This document shows, in pieces, positions 1 through 9,781 of a DNA stretch of 64,000 nucleotides (its first letter is position 1; every line of letters starts with the position of its first letter). The notes beneath the pieces are model-generated. The model searched no databases and was not told where the DNA came from. It saw only the letters and a list, made by a program, of their open reading frames with translations. Source of the DNA: an uncultured Pseudomonadota bacterium (GTDB taxonomy: Bacteria > Pseudomonadota > Alphaproteobacteria > RUG11792); assembly GCA_902798535.1 (NCBI GenBank), contig CADBWU010000001.1, positions 7,053 to 71,052 on the forward strand. The letters run 5' to 3'. A program made the translations under genes and the position numbers.

Positions 1-713
1 ACTGCATCGTTAATATTCGCCGTACCGCTTAGGATTTTTCCAGTCAGTATCCGTCCGAGATATTGATCTTGCTCAAGCAACGTAACCAGCATCTTGAAAT
101 CTGAGCCTTCTTCCGTCGTCGCATTTGGAACATGCTCAATAATCGCATCCAAAAGTGGCGTCATATCCTTGCGCTCATCATGCTCAAGATTTTTGACCGC
201 CCAACCATTACGCCCTGACGCGTATATTATCGGGAAATCCAACTGAGTATCATTCGCTCCAAGAGCGATGAACAAGTCGAATACCTCATCCAAAACTTCC
301 GACACTCTGGCGTCCGATTTGTCTATTTTGTTTATCACAACTATAGGATTGAGGTTTAATGCCAACGCTTTGGTTAACACGAATTTTGTTTGTGGCATAG
401 GTCCTTCCGCTGCGTCGACTAACACCAAGACACCATCAACCATGCTCAAAATTCGCTCAACTTCTCCTCCAAAATCAGCGTGCCCAGGAGTATCAACGAT
501 GTTTAACTTGGTTCCCTTCCAGTTAAAACTAGTACACTTTGCCAATATTGTTATTCCACGCTCACGTTCCAACTCATTTGAATCCATTGCGCACGTCTCA
601 ATCGTCTGGTTATCTCGAAACAACCCGCTTTGCTTAAATAAAGCATCAACTAAAGTTGTTTTGCCATGATCAACGTGAGCTATAATAGCCAAATTCTTTA
701 TATTTACAGACAT
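1..713 (-). CDS. typA: Translational GTPase TypA/BipA, N-terminal part (gene runs off the window start)
   Basis: Reverse-strand reading from the ATG at 713-711 gives MSVNIKNLAIIAHVDHGKTTLVDALFKQSGLF, then IVDTPGHADFGGEVERILSM and VVINKIDKSD (G1/G3/G4 motifs). The frame is open to the window edge, so it is absent from the ORF track. The + ORF 268..669 is its antisense shadow. Confidence 0.9.
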   Translation of the reverse strand, partial: MSVNIKNLAIIAHVDHGKTTLVDALFKQSGLFRDNQTIETCAMDSNELERERGITILAKCTSFNWKGTKLNIVDTPGHADFGGEVERILSMVDGVLVLVDAAEGPMPQTKFVLTKALALNLNPIVVINKIDKSDARVSEVLDEVFDLFIALGANDTQLDFPIIYASGRNGWAVKNLEHDERKDMTPLLDAIIEHVPNATTEEGSDFKMLVTLLEQDQYLGRILTGKILSGTANINDA

Positions 714-824
714 ATCACCTTACCATAAAATTCTAGAGGAATACCCCCGTTACACTGAGCTTCAGTGCACCATGGGTTATTCGACACATTCCGTACAAAT
801 CTCCACCAATCCTGAAACTACATC

Positions 825-901
825 TGGTGTTCCCGGAGGGATTTGAACCCACGACCTCAGGATTAGGAATCCTACGCTCTATCCATCTGAGCTACGAGAA
901 C
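825..901 (-). tRNA. tRNA-Arg (anticodon CCT)
   Basis: The reverse complement GTTCTCGTAGCTCAGATGGATAGAGCGTAGGATTCCTAATCCTGAGGTCGTGGGTTCAAATCCCTCCGGGAACACCA folds as a cloverleaf with a 7-bp acceptor stem, anticodon loop TTCCTAA, GTTCAAAT T-loop and encoded CCA. There is one U:U mismatch in the T stem. Confidence 0.85.
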
Positions 902-1513
902 ATACAAAACATTCTAACACAAATTTCAACAAAAGGCTACACCTCAGACAATTGGTAATAGGAAAATATGAGGACAAAAAACGGCAAACCGCCAAATAGA
1001 TAATCTATCGGCTAAAAACCAATAGCTTACATGTTGGTTAATCCATGCCGGAGCAATACAGAAAAATATTGCATCTCGACATTAAATTAAAGAGGTGTAA
1101 AGATGTATCTAAAACGTAAGTTTAAGAGCTTGCTTTGTTAATCCACTTTCCAGGTGTTATATAGCCATATCAGCCCGAAGTTATCTTCTTTCAATTTGCG
1201 TTTCTCTGGCGTTATTTTTTTGGGATAGGCATAATGCATTTTTGTAGTACACAATAGCGACTAAACTTAACAGGCTTTTCACAATGACAAATTATTTTCT
1301 CATGTTATATTTTCACGCGTACAAATATGCATAGACACCAGCATGGCTATAAAAACATTTTTCGAGGTTTCAAAAATTATTTCACTTTTGGCAAAAAAAC
1401 GGTATATTAATTTTATGTTGCCGAACGCGATAAAAAGCATTTTTCTGAGACAAAGTTAGAAACACGTTTTTGTGACGCATAGTATCTGTTTTTGTAAATA
1501 GGAATAAAAAAGT

Positions 1514-2776
1514 ATGAATCTTCAAGAATTAAAGTCTAAGTCTTTAGCGAGTTTGCTGGAATGTGCAATTGAACATAATGTTGAAAATCCACATCTCATG
1601 GTAAAACAGGAATTGGTGTTTTCGATAATGAAAAAAATCTCCGAAGCTGATATTCCAATCTTTAGCACAGGAATACTTGAAGTGCTTCAGGATGGATTTG
1701 GATATTTGAGATCTGCAGAATCGAATTACCTGCCTGGGTCTGACGACGTATACGTTGCACCATCATTTATTAAAAAGCTTGGATTAAAAACTGGCGATAC
1801 AGTCGAGTGTCAAATCAGAGCCCCCAAAGAGGGCGAAAGATATTCATCAGTTTTGGATATACAAAAAGTAAATTTTGAAGATGCAGCAAATATTAAGAAA
1901 CGCACAACATTTGAAAATTTAACTCCTCTCTACCCTGACGAGATGCTGAATCTTGAGCTTGCTCACCCCGGCAAGGATAACAATTTTACACAACGAGTTA
2001 TAGATCTCGTCGCTCCGATCGGTAAAGGGCAACGAGCGCTTATAGTTGCTCCTCCCCGCACTGGAAAAACAGTAATGTTGCAAACAATAGCAAAATCTAT
2101 TACGGAAAAATTTAAGGATGTTTATCTGATAGTGCTTCTGATAGATGAGCGTCCTGAAGAAGTGACAGATATGCAACGTTCTGTTCATGGGGAAGTTATA
2201 AGCTCAACTTTCGATGAACCAGCTTCACGCCACGTGAAGGTTACCGAAATGGTTGTAGAAAAGGCAAAACGTCTTGTCGAACATAAAAGAGACGTCGTAA
2301 TTCTTCTGGATTCAATAACTAGGCTAGCACGCGCTTATAATACAGTTGTTCCCACTTCTGGAAAAATTCTCACCGGAGGCGTCGACTCTAACGCGCTTCA
2401 AAAACCAAAAAGATTTTTCGGAGCAGCTCGAAATATCGAAGAAGGCGGTTCTCTAACAATCATAGCAACAGCCCTTGTCGAAACTGGGTCAAGAATGGAC
2501 GACGTAATCTTCGAAGAATTCAAGGGAACAGGAAACTCTGAAATCGTCTTAGATCGAAAATTGTCAGATAAGCGCGTTTTCCCTGCGATAGATGTTAATA
2601 GATCTGGAACGCGTAAGGAGGAATTGCTTGTGAAGGACAAGGGGAAAATGTCCAAGATGTGGATCCTGCGTCGAATACTCAATCCAATGGGCACAATTGA
2701 AGCTATGGAATTCCTGCTTGAGAAACTCAAATATAGTAAAACAAATGATGATTTCTTCGAAACAATGAACTCATAG
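1514..2776 (+). CDS. rho: Transcription termination factor Rho
   Basis: 420 aa. The N-terminus [11 protein letters not shown] and the segment [14 protein letters not shown] are typical of Rho. Walker A is [12 protein letters not shown], and RLARAYN plus the C-terminal Rho ATPase core are present. About 600 nt of non-coding leader lies upstream. Confidence 0.95.
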   Translation: MNLQELKSKSLASLLECAIEHNVENPHLMVKQELVFSIMKKISEADIPIFSTGILEVLQDGFGYLRSAESNYLPGSDDVYVAPSFIKKLGLKTGDTVECQIRAPKEGERYSSVLDIQKVNFEDAANIKKRTTFENLTPLYPDEMLNLELAHPGKDNNFTQRVIDLVAPIGKGQRALIVAPPRTGKTVMLQTIAKSITEKFKDVYLIVLLIDERPEEVTDMQRSVHGEVISSTFDEPASRHVKVTEMVVEKAKRLVEHKRDVVILLDSITRLARAYNTVVPTSGKILTGGVDSNALQKPKRFFGAARNIEEGGSLTIIATALVETGSRMDDVIFEEFKGTGNSEIVLDRKLSDKRVFPAIDVNRSGTRKEELLVKDKGKMSKMWILRRILNPMGTIEAMEFLLEKLKYSKTNDDFFETMNS

Positions 2777-2869
2777 CAAGTAACAAAAAAAACGATAAAG
2801 GTCGTTGCAAATATTTAAACATAGGTGCAAAACTTAAAATGAGAGCGTGTATTTTAGTGCATAGTTAAA

Positions 2870-4729
2870 TTGAAAATTGTTTTAGCATTTTTCATAATTG
2901 TGACAGTGGGATTAGGTAACCTATATTCCCAGGAGTATGACTCCAAACTTGTTTCGAAATACGCAAAATGGAAAACTGCAGTTAAAAATCCGACGAATGC
3001 TAGGAATGTTTTCTTATTTTTTTACAACAATCCGCATTGGCCGTTGTTCGACGAAAGCGTGCGAGTTGCTGAAAAATATGCAAAAAGCAGTGTTCCCAAA
3101 GATATAGTTTTGAAATGGTTCAAAAGGTATTCTCCCAAAACGAAAGAGGGGCTTGAGTTATACATCAATTGCCTCTTAGAAGAACAACCATTGTATGCGC
3201 AAACTTATATAAAACAAACTTGGGTGTTCCAAGATCTGTCGCCTAAATTTATGAACAAATACAAAACAGAATTTGCAAATTATGTTACCCCCGTTGAAGA
3301 TGCAAAAAAAACAAAGCAATTGATCAAAAGCATGAAAGTTGAACAACTCGATACTTTAAAAAATATAGTCATCGATGAAATATCAGATTTTATATCTGAC
3401 TTTCTCGAAAAACATACAGTGAAGAAAACCGGTGGATATTCAAAGAAAGAACTCGAAGATATTAATAGAAAATGTAGTATCATTCAAAATTTGATTGACA
3501 GAAAACAGGATATACAAGCTGCAGAAATTTTGACGATATCAAACAAAGATGAAGAAAAATATGCTACTTCTTTTTTTAATCAGCGTCGTCACATCGCATT
3601 CAATGTGCTTCGAAGCGGAAAACCCGAACTAGCATACAAGGTTATGAGCATGTATAAATTACCCCCCAAAAAGCCTGACGAAAAAATTGCAAAAGCAGAA
3701 TGGTTACTTGGCTATATTGCGTTTCGATTTTTAAACAATTTAAAAAAAGCTATTGCTCACTTTAAAAAGGCATACGACAATTCCTGTAATTCGATTAGAA
3801 TAAGCAAAAATGCATTCTGGCTCGCAACAGTTTATAAGAAACAAGATGATATTATACCTGCCATAAATTGGTGCAAAAAAGCCAGCAAATATTTTTCAAC
3901 TTTTTATGGATACCTAGCAGCAAAACAATTAAGTGCGCTTATGGGACAATCCGCTAACGAAACGGTATCTGAGGAATTTATTCACGAACAAACTTGTCCA
4001 TCTGGGATATTATTTACATTTTACAACCGAGAGCTAGTCAAAGTTTTGCGACAAGTTCATGATAAAGATATGCGGAAATATTTTTATCAGCAACTCATAC
4101 ATGAGATTGAAGATCCTAATGAAGAAATGTTACTCATGGATATAGCTGTAGCGCAAGATGAAATGGATATTTTGATTTCTGAAAGTTCAAAGAGGCAACA
4201 CTACTTTTCAAATGAGAAAGTATATAAAATTTTGAAGCAAGCCGATATGAACTATATAAAAAGAATCAACGACAAACCGTGTTTTTTGAGCTATGTGCAT
4301 TCAATAATACAATGTGAAAGCAACTTTAATGTGCGAGCAAAAAGCGCAGTTGGAGCAATCGGTCTTATGCAAATAATGCCAGCAACTGCGCAGTATGAAG
4401 CCAAGCGCATCAAGTTTTACACTGGAACTTCGCTATTTAATAAACGAAAGAATATAACTTTAGGTTCTTCTATCTTAAACAGACTTTTAAAAAAATATTC
4501 TGGAAATTTGATTTATGCAACGGCCGCTTATAACAGCGGCGAAGGAAACGTCGCAAAATATTTAAAAAGCATTCGAAATCTCAAAAATCTTGCTCCACTA
4601 GACACAGTGGAACTAATCCCGATTAAAGAAACTAGGCTATACGTCAAACACGTCCTTCGAGCGTTGTTCACTTATCAAAAAAAATTTTCGTCAAGCAGAT
4701 GTTACGATTGCTCAGCATTGTATTTATAG
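2870..4729 (+). CDS. slt: Soluble lytic murein transglycosylase (Slt-type, signal peptide plus superhelical N-domain plus SLT domain)
   Basis: 619 aa with a TTG start. Signal-like MKIVLAFFIIVTVGLGNLYS, catalytic region IQCESNFNVRAKSAVGAIGLMQIMPATA, and AAYNSGEGNV. Confidence 0.85.
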   Translation: MKIVLAFFIIVTVGLGNLYSQEYDSKLVSKYAKWKTAVKNPTNARNVFLFFYNNPHWPLFDESVRVAEKYAKSSVPKDIVLKWFKRYSPKTKEGLELYINCLLEEQPLYAQTYIKQTWVFQDLSPKFMNKYKTEFANYVTPVEDAKKTKQLIKSMKVEQLDTLKNIVIDEISDFISDFLEKHTVKKTGGYSKKELEDINRKCSIIQNLIDRKQDIQAAEILTISNKDEEKYATSFFNQRRHIAFNVLRSGKPELAYKVMSMYKLPPKKPDEKIAKAEWLLGYIAFRFLNNLKKAIAHFKKAYDNSCNSIRISKNAFWLATVYKKQDDIIPAINWCKKASKYFSTFYGYLAAKQLSALMGQSANETVSEEFIHEQTCPSGILFTFYNRELVKVLRQVHDKDMRKYFYQQLIHEIEDPNEEMLLMDIAVAQDEMDILISESSKRQHYFSNEKVYKILKQADMNYIKRINDKPCFLSYVHSIIQCESNFNVRAKSAVGAIGLMQIMPATAQYEAKRIKFYTGTSLFNKRKNITLGSSILNRLLKKYSGNLIYATAAYNSGEGNVAKYLKSIRNLKNLAPLDTVELIPIKETRLYVKHVLRALFTYQKKFSSSRCYDCSALYL

Positions 4730-5321
4730 AATATTACCTATGATATCTGCGTGAATTGTCGCCAGGACGTTCCAGAAATGCTGTCACGTTCTGCTTCGAC
4801 GCCAAATGACATCATAAGTCATGCTAAGTCGTCTTTTATTTTCCTTCCGCAGAATAGGCGAAAACCATCACCTTGAAGCGAATACTTTATTTCCAAAATG
4901 AGGGATGCTGAAATTCACTCCTTTGTGCAAACAATTTATTGCGAGATACAGGCAAAGGTGATGTAAATTATCAAATAGACAAAGAGGGTAAAGTGAATAC
5001 AGTTACGTAGATAATTAGCTGAAGTAACTGATTTCAGCCTCTCTGATAAACAATGTATGTCGGATTTGTAACTGTTATTTCCGCAAAATTTACAAAAATA
5101 CCACGGCGCTAAACATGGAGGAAAAACATCTAGCAGTATCGAAAATCGGGCAATAAATAAAAGCCTGAAACCGCAAGCTAAGTGCCTGGAATAGTATCCA
5201 TGGGGGGCGAGGATAGTTTGTTGCCACATCTGGAGAAACAGCAAAATGCCTTCACCAGCGCATTGTTATACATCAAGGAACAAAACATCACCAGAAAAAC
5301 TTGAAATTACCTTTTGCTCAC

Positions 5322-5768
5322 TTAGTTATATTCTCTGAAAAAACACCCATTTGCTATGTCTGTTAGCGCAACTTTTATATAGTCCACTATGTTTCCCGGT
5401 AAGTCTGTGTTATCAAAAAATTTAAGCCCACCACATTTTTCAGGCTCATTATTGCGCAACTCTCCTTCGTATTTCAGACATTTGAAAAAGATATCGATGT
5501 TTTGCCTATTTGGACTTTTTCTATCCATAACATAAGCAAATTCTAAATCTTCAGGTTTTATGGTGATATTTGTCTCCTCCATTGCTTCGCGTATCATTGC
5601 ATCACGAGCTGTTTCTCCTTCCTCGGCATGTCCCGCAACTAGGCTCCACTTTCCGTCTTCATACCCCGTATTTTCTCTAAGCGACAGCAAAACTTTGCCA
5701 TCGCGTTCCAACACAAGGTATACACAAACATATGACCTTAATTTAACTCTATTACTTTCCTGCATCAA
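5322..5768 (-). CDS. NUDIX hydrolase
   Basis: 148 aa. The Nudix box GHAEEGETARDAMIREAMEETNI matches GX5EX7REUXEEXGU. Confidence 0.85.
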   Translation of the reverse strand: MMQESNRVKLRSYVCVYLVLERDGKVLLSLRENTGYEDGKWSLVAGHAEEGETARDAMIREAMEETNITIKPEDLEFAYVMDRKSPNRQNIDIFFKCLKYEGELRNNEPEKCGGLKFFDNTDLPGNIVDYIKVALTDIANGCFFREYN

Positions 5769-7026
5769 TTCTATCCTTTCCGAAATATGGAACTAGTGCT
5801 TCCGGAATTTCAATCGAGCCATCCTTTTGTTGGTAGTTTTCCATAACCGCAATGAGGCACCGTCCAACCGCAATTCCTGAACCGTTTAGAGTATGCACAA
5901 ATTCATTCTTTCCGGTTTTTTCATTTTTAAACCGCGTATTCATACGGCGCGCTTGGAAATTATTGCATCGTGAGCAACTGGATATTTCGCGATACTTATC
6001 CTGTCCTGGAAGCCAGACCTCCAAATCGTATGTCTTTTCCGAAGAAAAGCCCATATCCCCAGTCGAAAGCACAACGGTTCTAAACGGCAAATTCAGCTTT
6101 TTCAAAATTCCTTCCGCACATTCAGTCATTCTTTCATGTTCTGCAACAGATTGCTCTGGCGTTGTAATGCTCACTAATTCGACCTTGCCAAATTGGTGTT
6201 GCCGCAACATACCAACAGTATCGCGCCCGGCAGAACCTGCTTCTGACCTAAAACAAGGGGTATATGCAGTGTAACGAAGCGGTAGCTCTTTTTCGCTCAG
6301 TATTTCGCCGTTATGTATGTTTGTAAGCGAGGCTTCGGCTGTCGGAATAAGATAACTCCCTATCGTCGTTTTAAACAAATCTTCCTCAAACTTTGGCAAT
6401 TGTCCAACACCAAACATTGCCTTTTGCTCGAGTATTAACGGGACATAAACTTCTGTATACCCATTTTCTCTTGTGTGTATATCAAGCATAAACTGCGCTA
6501 ATGCGCGTTCTAAACGCGCTATCTCAGAGAATAGAAACACAAATCTTGAGCCAGCAATCCGTGCTGACTTTTCAAAATCCATCATGCCAAGATTTGCCCC
6601 AAGCTCATGATGTTCAAGTGGTTTAAAATCAAATTGTCGTGGCGTTCCAAAGCGGCGTATTTCGACATTTGCATTTTCGTCAACACCGATTGGACATTCA
6701 TCAGATGGAATATTGGGAATTGTTGCTAAAAGCGCCATAAATTCGGTTTTCGACTTACTGACAATTTCTGTCATCTTTGCCATTTCTTTTTTCAACACGT
6801 CCATACGCTGTTGCAACTCGCTGACATCCTCGCCTTTTGTCTTAGCTTTTCCGAACGCTTCAGAGTTTTTATTACGTTCCTGCTGCAATTCTTGTAATCT
6901 CGTTTGAGATGCTCTTGACTGCTCGTCTAATTCCAAAATTTTTGACTCAATCGGCTCTTTATTCCTGTTTTTCAACGCCTTATCCAAAATCCCTGGATTT
7001 TTTTTAACAAAATTTATATCTATCAT
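5752..7026 (-). CDS. serS: Seryl-tRNA synthetase
   Basis: 424 aa. N-terminal coiled-coil arm, class II motifs FRSEAGSAGRDTVGMLRQHQFGKVE and GSGIAVGRCLIAVMENYQ. Confidence 0.95.
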   Translation of the reverse strand: MIDINFVKKNPGILDKALKNRNKEPIESKILELDEQSRASQTRLQELQQERNKNSEAFGKAKTKGEDVSELQQRMDVLKKEMAKMTEIVSKSKTEFMALLATIPNIPSDECPIGVDENANVEIRRFGTPRQFDFKPLEHHELGANLGMMDFEKSARIAGSRFVFLFSEIARLERALAQFMLDIHTRENGYTEVYVPLILEQKAMFGVGQLPKFEEDLFKTTIGSYLIPTAEASLTNIHNGEILSEKELPLRYTAYTPCFRSEAGSAGRDTVGMLRQHQFGKVELVSITTPEQSVAEHERMTECAEGILKKLNLPFRTVVLSTGDMGFSSEKTYDLEVWLPGQDKYREISSCSRCNNFQARRMNTRFKNEKTGKNEFVHTLNGSGIAVGRCLIAVMENYQQKDGSIEIPEALVPYFGKDRIDAGK

Positions 7027-7034
7027 TTTAAAAC

Positions 7035-7841
7035 TTAGTTCGAAATTGAGCTATCTCGCCTATAATATAGCACAAATACTCCGAATAAAAATAATGCAAT
7101 CGAAAGAACCTGTCCGATTGTTAGAGCTGTCGTGTTGAAATAGGTATACACCTCAACTTCTTTGTAAAATTCAATAACAAATCGTGCTGAAGAGTATACA
7201 ATGCAAAAAATTGCAGTAGTAATTCCCGTACCGATAATCTTCACGCCTTTCAGTCTGAAAATCACAAAAAGTAGCCAGAAATTCAGCAATCCTTCGAAAA
7301 ACGCCTCGATAATTTGTGTCGGATATCTTGGCATATTATCAACAAGCGAGAAAATAACAGCCATATCAGATGAAGTAATTTTCCCATACAGCTCCTGGTT
7401 CATAAAATTCGCAAATCGCCCTATGCCAACACCAAGCGCCCCAGCAATAGCCAAAACGTCAGCCATAATTTTCCAAGAAATTTTGTGACGCCTGACATAC
7501 GCAAAAACGTATACAGCAAGCGCTATAACAGAGCCATGAAACGATAAGCCACCGTTGCGTATCATGACGATTTCCAATGGGTGCTTCAAGAAATATTCTA
7601 GTTCATAAAATAAAACATGCCCTAAACGCGCACCCACGACTATCGAAATAATCGCCCAAAACATAAAATTGTCAAACTCTTCCTTTGTCGGGACATTCAT
7701 ATTATTGTTTCGAAGTTTACGCAAGACCCACGTTGCGACCGCCCAAGATGAAAATAGCGCGGTCGCATAAATTATCCCATACCAGTAAACCGGCAGGTTA
7801 CCAATCGAAAATGCGACAGGAGAAACAGACCAAATGAACAT
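7035..7841 (-). CDS. lgt: Prolipoprotein diacylglyceryl transferase
   Basis: 268 aa polytopic membrane protein. N-terminus PVYWYGIIYATALF, then GGLSFHGSVIA and GRFANFMNQELYG. Confidence 0.9.
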   Translation of the reverse strand: MFIWSVSPVAFSIGNLPVYWYGIIYATALFSSWAVATWVLRKLRNNNMNVPTKEEFDNFMFWAIISIVVGARLGHVLFYELEYFLKHPLEIVMIRNGGLSFHGSVIALAVYVFAYVRRHKISWKIMADVLAIAGALGVGIGRFANFMNQELYGKITSSDMAVIFSLVDNMPRYPTQIIEAFFEGLLNFWLLFVIFRLKGVKIIGTGITTAIFCIVYSSARFVIEFYKEVEVYTYFNTTALTIGQVLSIALFLFGVFVLYYRRDSSISN

Positions 7842-8338
7842 GTATTGTTGTATAATCGCAATATACGGTGATTATAGCACATGCATTGCCAATATAATTA
7901 ATGAAATTTGAAACTGGAATGTCCAAATTTAGAGGTGGTACCACAACATCCTTAATTGAACGCTTTCTCTATACGCTAGATGCTCTAGTAGCACTAAAAC
8001 TGAAGATACAGAACTATAACACAGCGAATGTTAAAAATATGAAAGATATATTTGATGGACCAGAACGAGTAAAAATACGGAGCTCATCGGTATTATATGC
8101 CATAAAAGTCTCCGCGTCATATCTGATGAAATCTTGTGGTGCTCTCTTAACAAGATGGTACGCGGTGACCAAATTGTCATAAACAATGAATGCGAATGCG
8201 GTTTATATTGGATGGACTTTCATCCTTGTAGTTATCAAAGACTGAACAAATCAATTCAAAAAAACACATAACCCACCTAACAAAGGAGCATAAACACGAA
8301 GAGAACCATAACTAAAGCAAATCGGCAAGACTAATGCT

Positions 8339-9259
8339 TCAATATGATTCTCTTCGTAGATTTTTTATTGCAAGCAAATGCTCACTGTAATCTTCGGAGA
8401 ATATGTGAGCGGTATGTTCTTTATTTGCAACAAAGTAAAGGTATTCAGTTGCATCCGGCGACATAGCCGCTTTTATCGCCTGTTCTCCAGGACAACAAAT
8501 CGGCGACGGCGGCAATCCAAAATTGCGGTATGTGTTATAAGGTGACACAAATTGCAAATCTGAGTGATTTAATTTTCTGTTCATTTTTCCATATCCATCA
8601 GTGATGGCATATATTACTGTCGGATCGCTTTGCAATCGCATTTTGCATGCCAACCTGTTATGAAATACTGAAGAAATCAAAGTATATTCATTTCTATTTC
8701 CACTTTCTTTCTCAATTATGGAAGCCAAGATTATAGTTTCCTCTAATGACATTGAGGTTTTGTTTTGCGACAAAAATTTTGTTTTAATAATCTGCATTTG
8801 TCTTTGCATTTTCTGCACTACCGATTTTTTGGTATCTCCAAAACTGTAAAAATATGTATCTGGAAACAATGTCCCTTCTGGTATATCTTCGTTCAAATCT
8901 CCAAAAAGCATATGGTTTTCGTTCAATTTTTCAATTATTTGCTTAACCGTATATCCCTCAGGAATAGTTATCTTGCGTCTTACCTTATTGCCTGTTAGCA
9001 TCTTTTTGATTACAGAAATTACGCTTTCCCCCTTTCTGATTTCATACTCGCCTGTAGTCGTTTTTTTCTTCATAAATGGTACTTGTTCAACGACGTAGAA
9101 AGCAATTGCCGTACCAAAGGAGCTGTCATTTTTCAGCGTTTCATATATATCATCAGATTTTACATAGAAAATAGAATGCGTCTCATGCTTGCTTCCAATA
9201 AAAAGAACAGAAGACAACGCAAGCACGACAAATGCTATAAAAAATGATAACTTAGGCAT
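8339..9259 (-). CDS. mltG: Endolytic murein transglycosylase MltG (YceG-like)
   Basis: YceG motifs TIPEGYTVKQIIEKL, LASIIEKE and SPYNTYRNFGLPPSPICCPG. I moved the start to MPKLSFFIAFVVLALSS (ATG 9259) because the track ORF (to 9376) reads through tRNA-Val. Confidence 0.85.
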   Translation of the reverse strand: MPKLSFFIAFVVLALSSVLFIGSKHETHSIFYVKSDDIYETLKNDSSFGTAIAFYVVEQVPFMKKKTTTGEYEIRKGESVISVIKKMLTGNKVRRKITIPEGYTVKQIIEKLNENHMLFGDLNEDIPEGTLFPDTYFYSFGDTKKSVVQKMQRQMQIIKTKFLSQNKTSMSLEETIILASIIEKESGNRNEYTLISSVFHNRLACKMRLQSDPTVIYAITDGYGKMNRKLNHSDLQFVSPYNTYRNFGLPPSPICCPGEQAIKAAMSPDATEYLYFVANKEHTAHIFSEDYSEHLLAIKNLRRESY

Positions 9260-9273
9260 ATCCCGAAAAATAA

Positions 9274-9348
<75 letters not shown>

Positions 9349-9430
9349 TTTCAGGCTCAGTTGTAATGTACCACATCTCCCGCGTTCACTACAAGAATTT
9401 TTTCGTTCGGATTTTCATTTTTCCTAAATT

Positions 9431-9506
9431 TGGTGGGCGCCATAGGATTCGAACCTATGACCCACTGATTAAGAGTCAGTTGCTCTACCAACTGAGCTAG
9501 GCGCCC
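9431..9506 (-). tRNA. tRNA-Lys (anticodon CTT)
   Basis: Reverse complement GGGCGCCTAGCTCAGTTGGTAGAGCAACTGACTCTTAATCAGTGGGTCATAGGTTCGAATCCTATGGCGCCCACCA. Anticodon loop CTCTTAA. Confidence 0.92.
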
Positions 9507-9513
9507 AAAACAT

Positions 9514-9589
9514 TGGCGTCTCCTACGGGAGTTGAACCCGTGTTGTCGCCGTGAGAGGGCGGTGTCCTAGACCTCTAGACGAAGGAGAC
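9514..9589 (-). tRNA. tRNA-Glu (anticodon CTC)
   Basis: Reverse complement GTCTCCTTCGTCTAGAGGTCTAGGACACCGCCCTCTCACGGCGACAACACGGGTTCAACTCCCGTAGGAGACGCCA. Glu-type D-arm (GTCTAGAGG), anticodon loop CTCTCAC, one C:A mismatch at the top of the anticodon stem. Confidence 0.85.
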
Positions 9590-9781
9590 TATCCTTGAGG
9601 AAACATCCTCAGAAACAATTGTGCCAGAAAGTCATTAAGATTTCAAAATAAAATTTGCGCAAAAAAACTTAAATGGGCTTTTTCTCACCTTCGCAGGAGT
9701 TATTCTGCAGTGTACTATCTAGCGATAGTCTATGAAATGTTATTCTGAAATTGAAGGTGAAAATATACAGCGGAATGTCTC

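Noticed and set aside
4936-5244. 102-aa - strand ORF in the slt/NUDIX spacer.
   Set aside because: No RBS, an unusual composition (C/F/L/Y-rich) and no motif. I kept the region as a possible ncRNA or remnant in the findings rather than calling a CDS.
4730-5321. Search for tmRNA (including the two-piece alphaproteobacterial form), RNase P RNA and SRP RNA in the largest non-coding gaps. I also checked 61143-61536, 40715-41046 and 902-1513.
   Set aside because: I found no T-arm GGTTCGA-type sequence with CCA, no GAGGAAAGTCC P4 motif and no SRP domain IV motif by eye. These RNAs are probably encoded elsewhere.
7901-8182. 93-aa + strand ORF between lgt and mltG.
   Set aside because: No recognisable domain, no clear RBS and a weak coding look. 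It may be real or a gene remnant, but I cannot support it.
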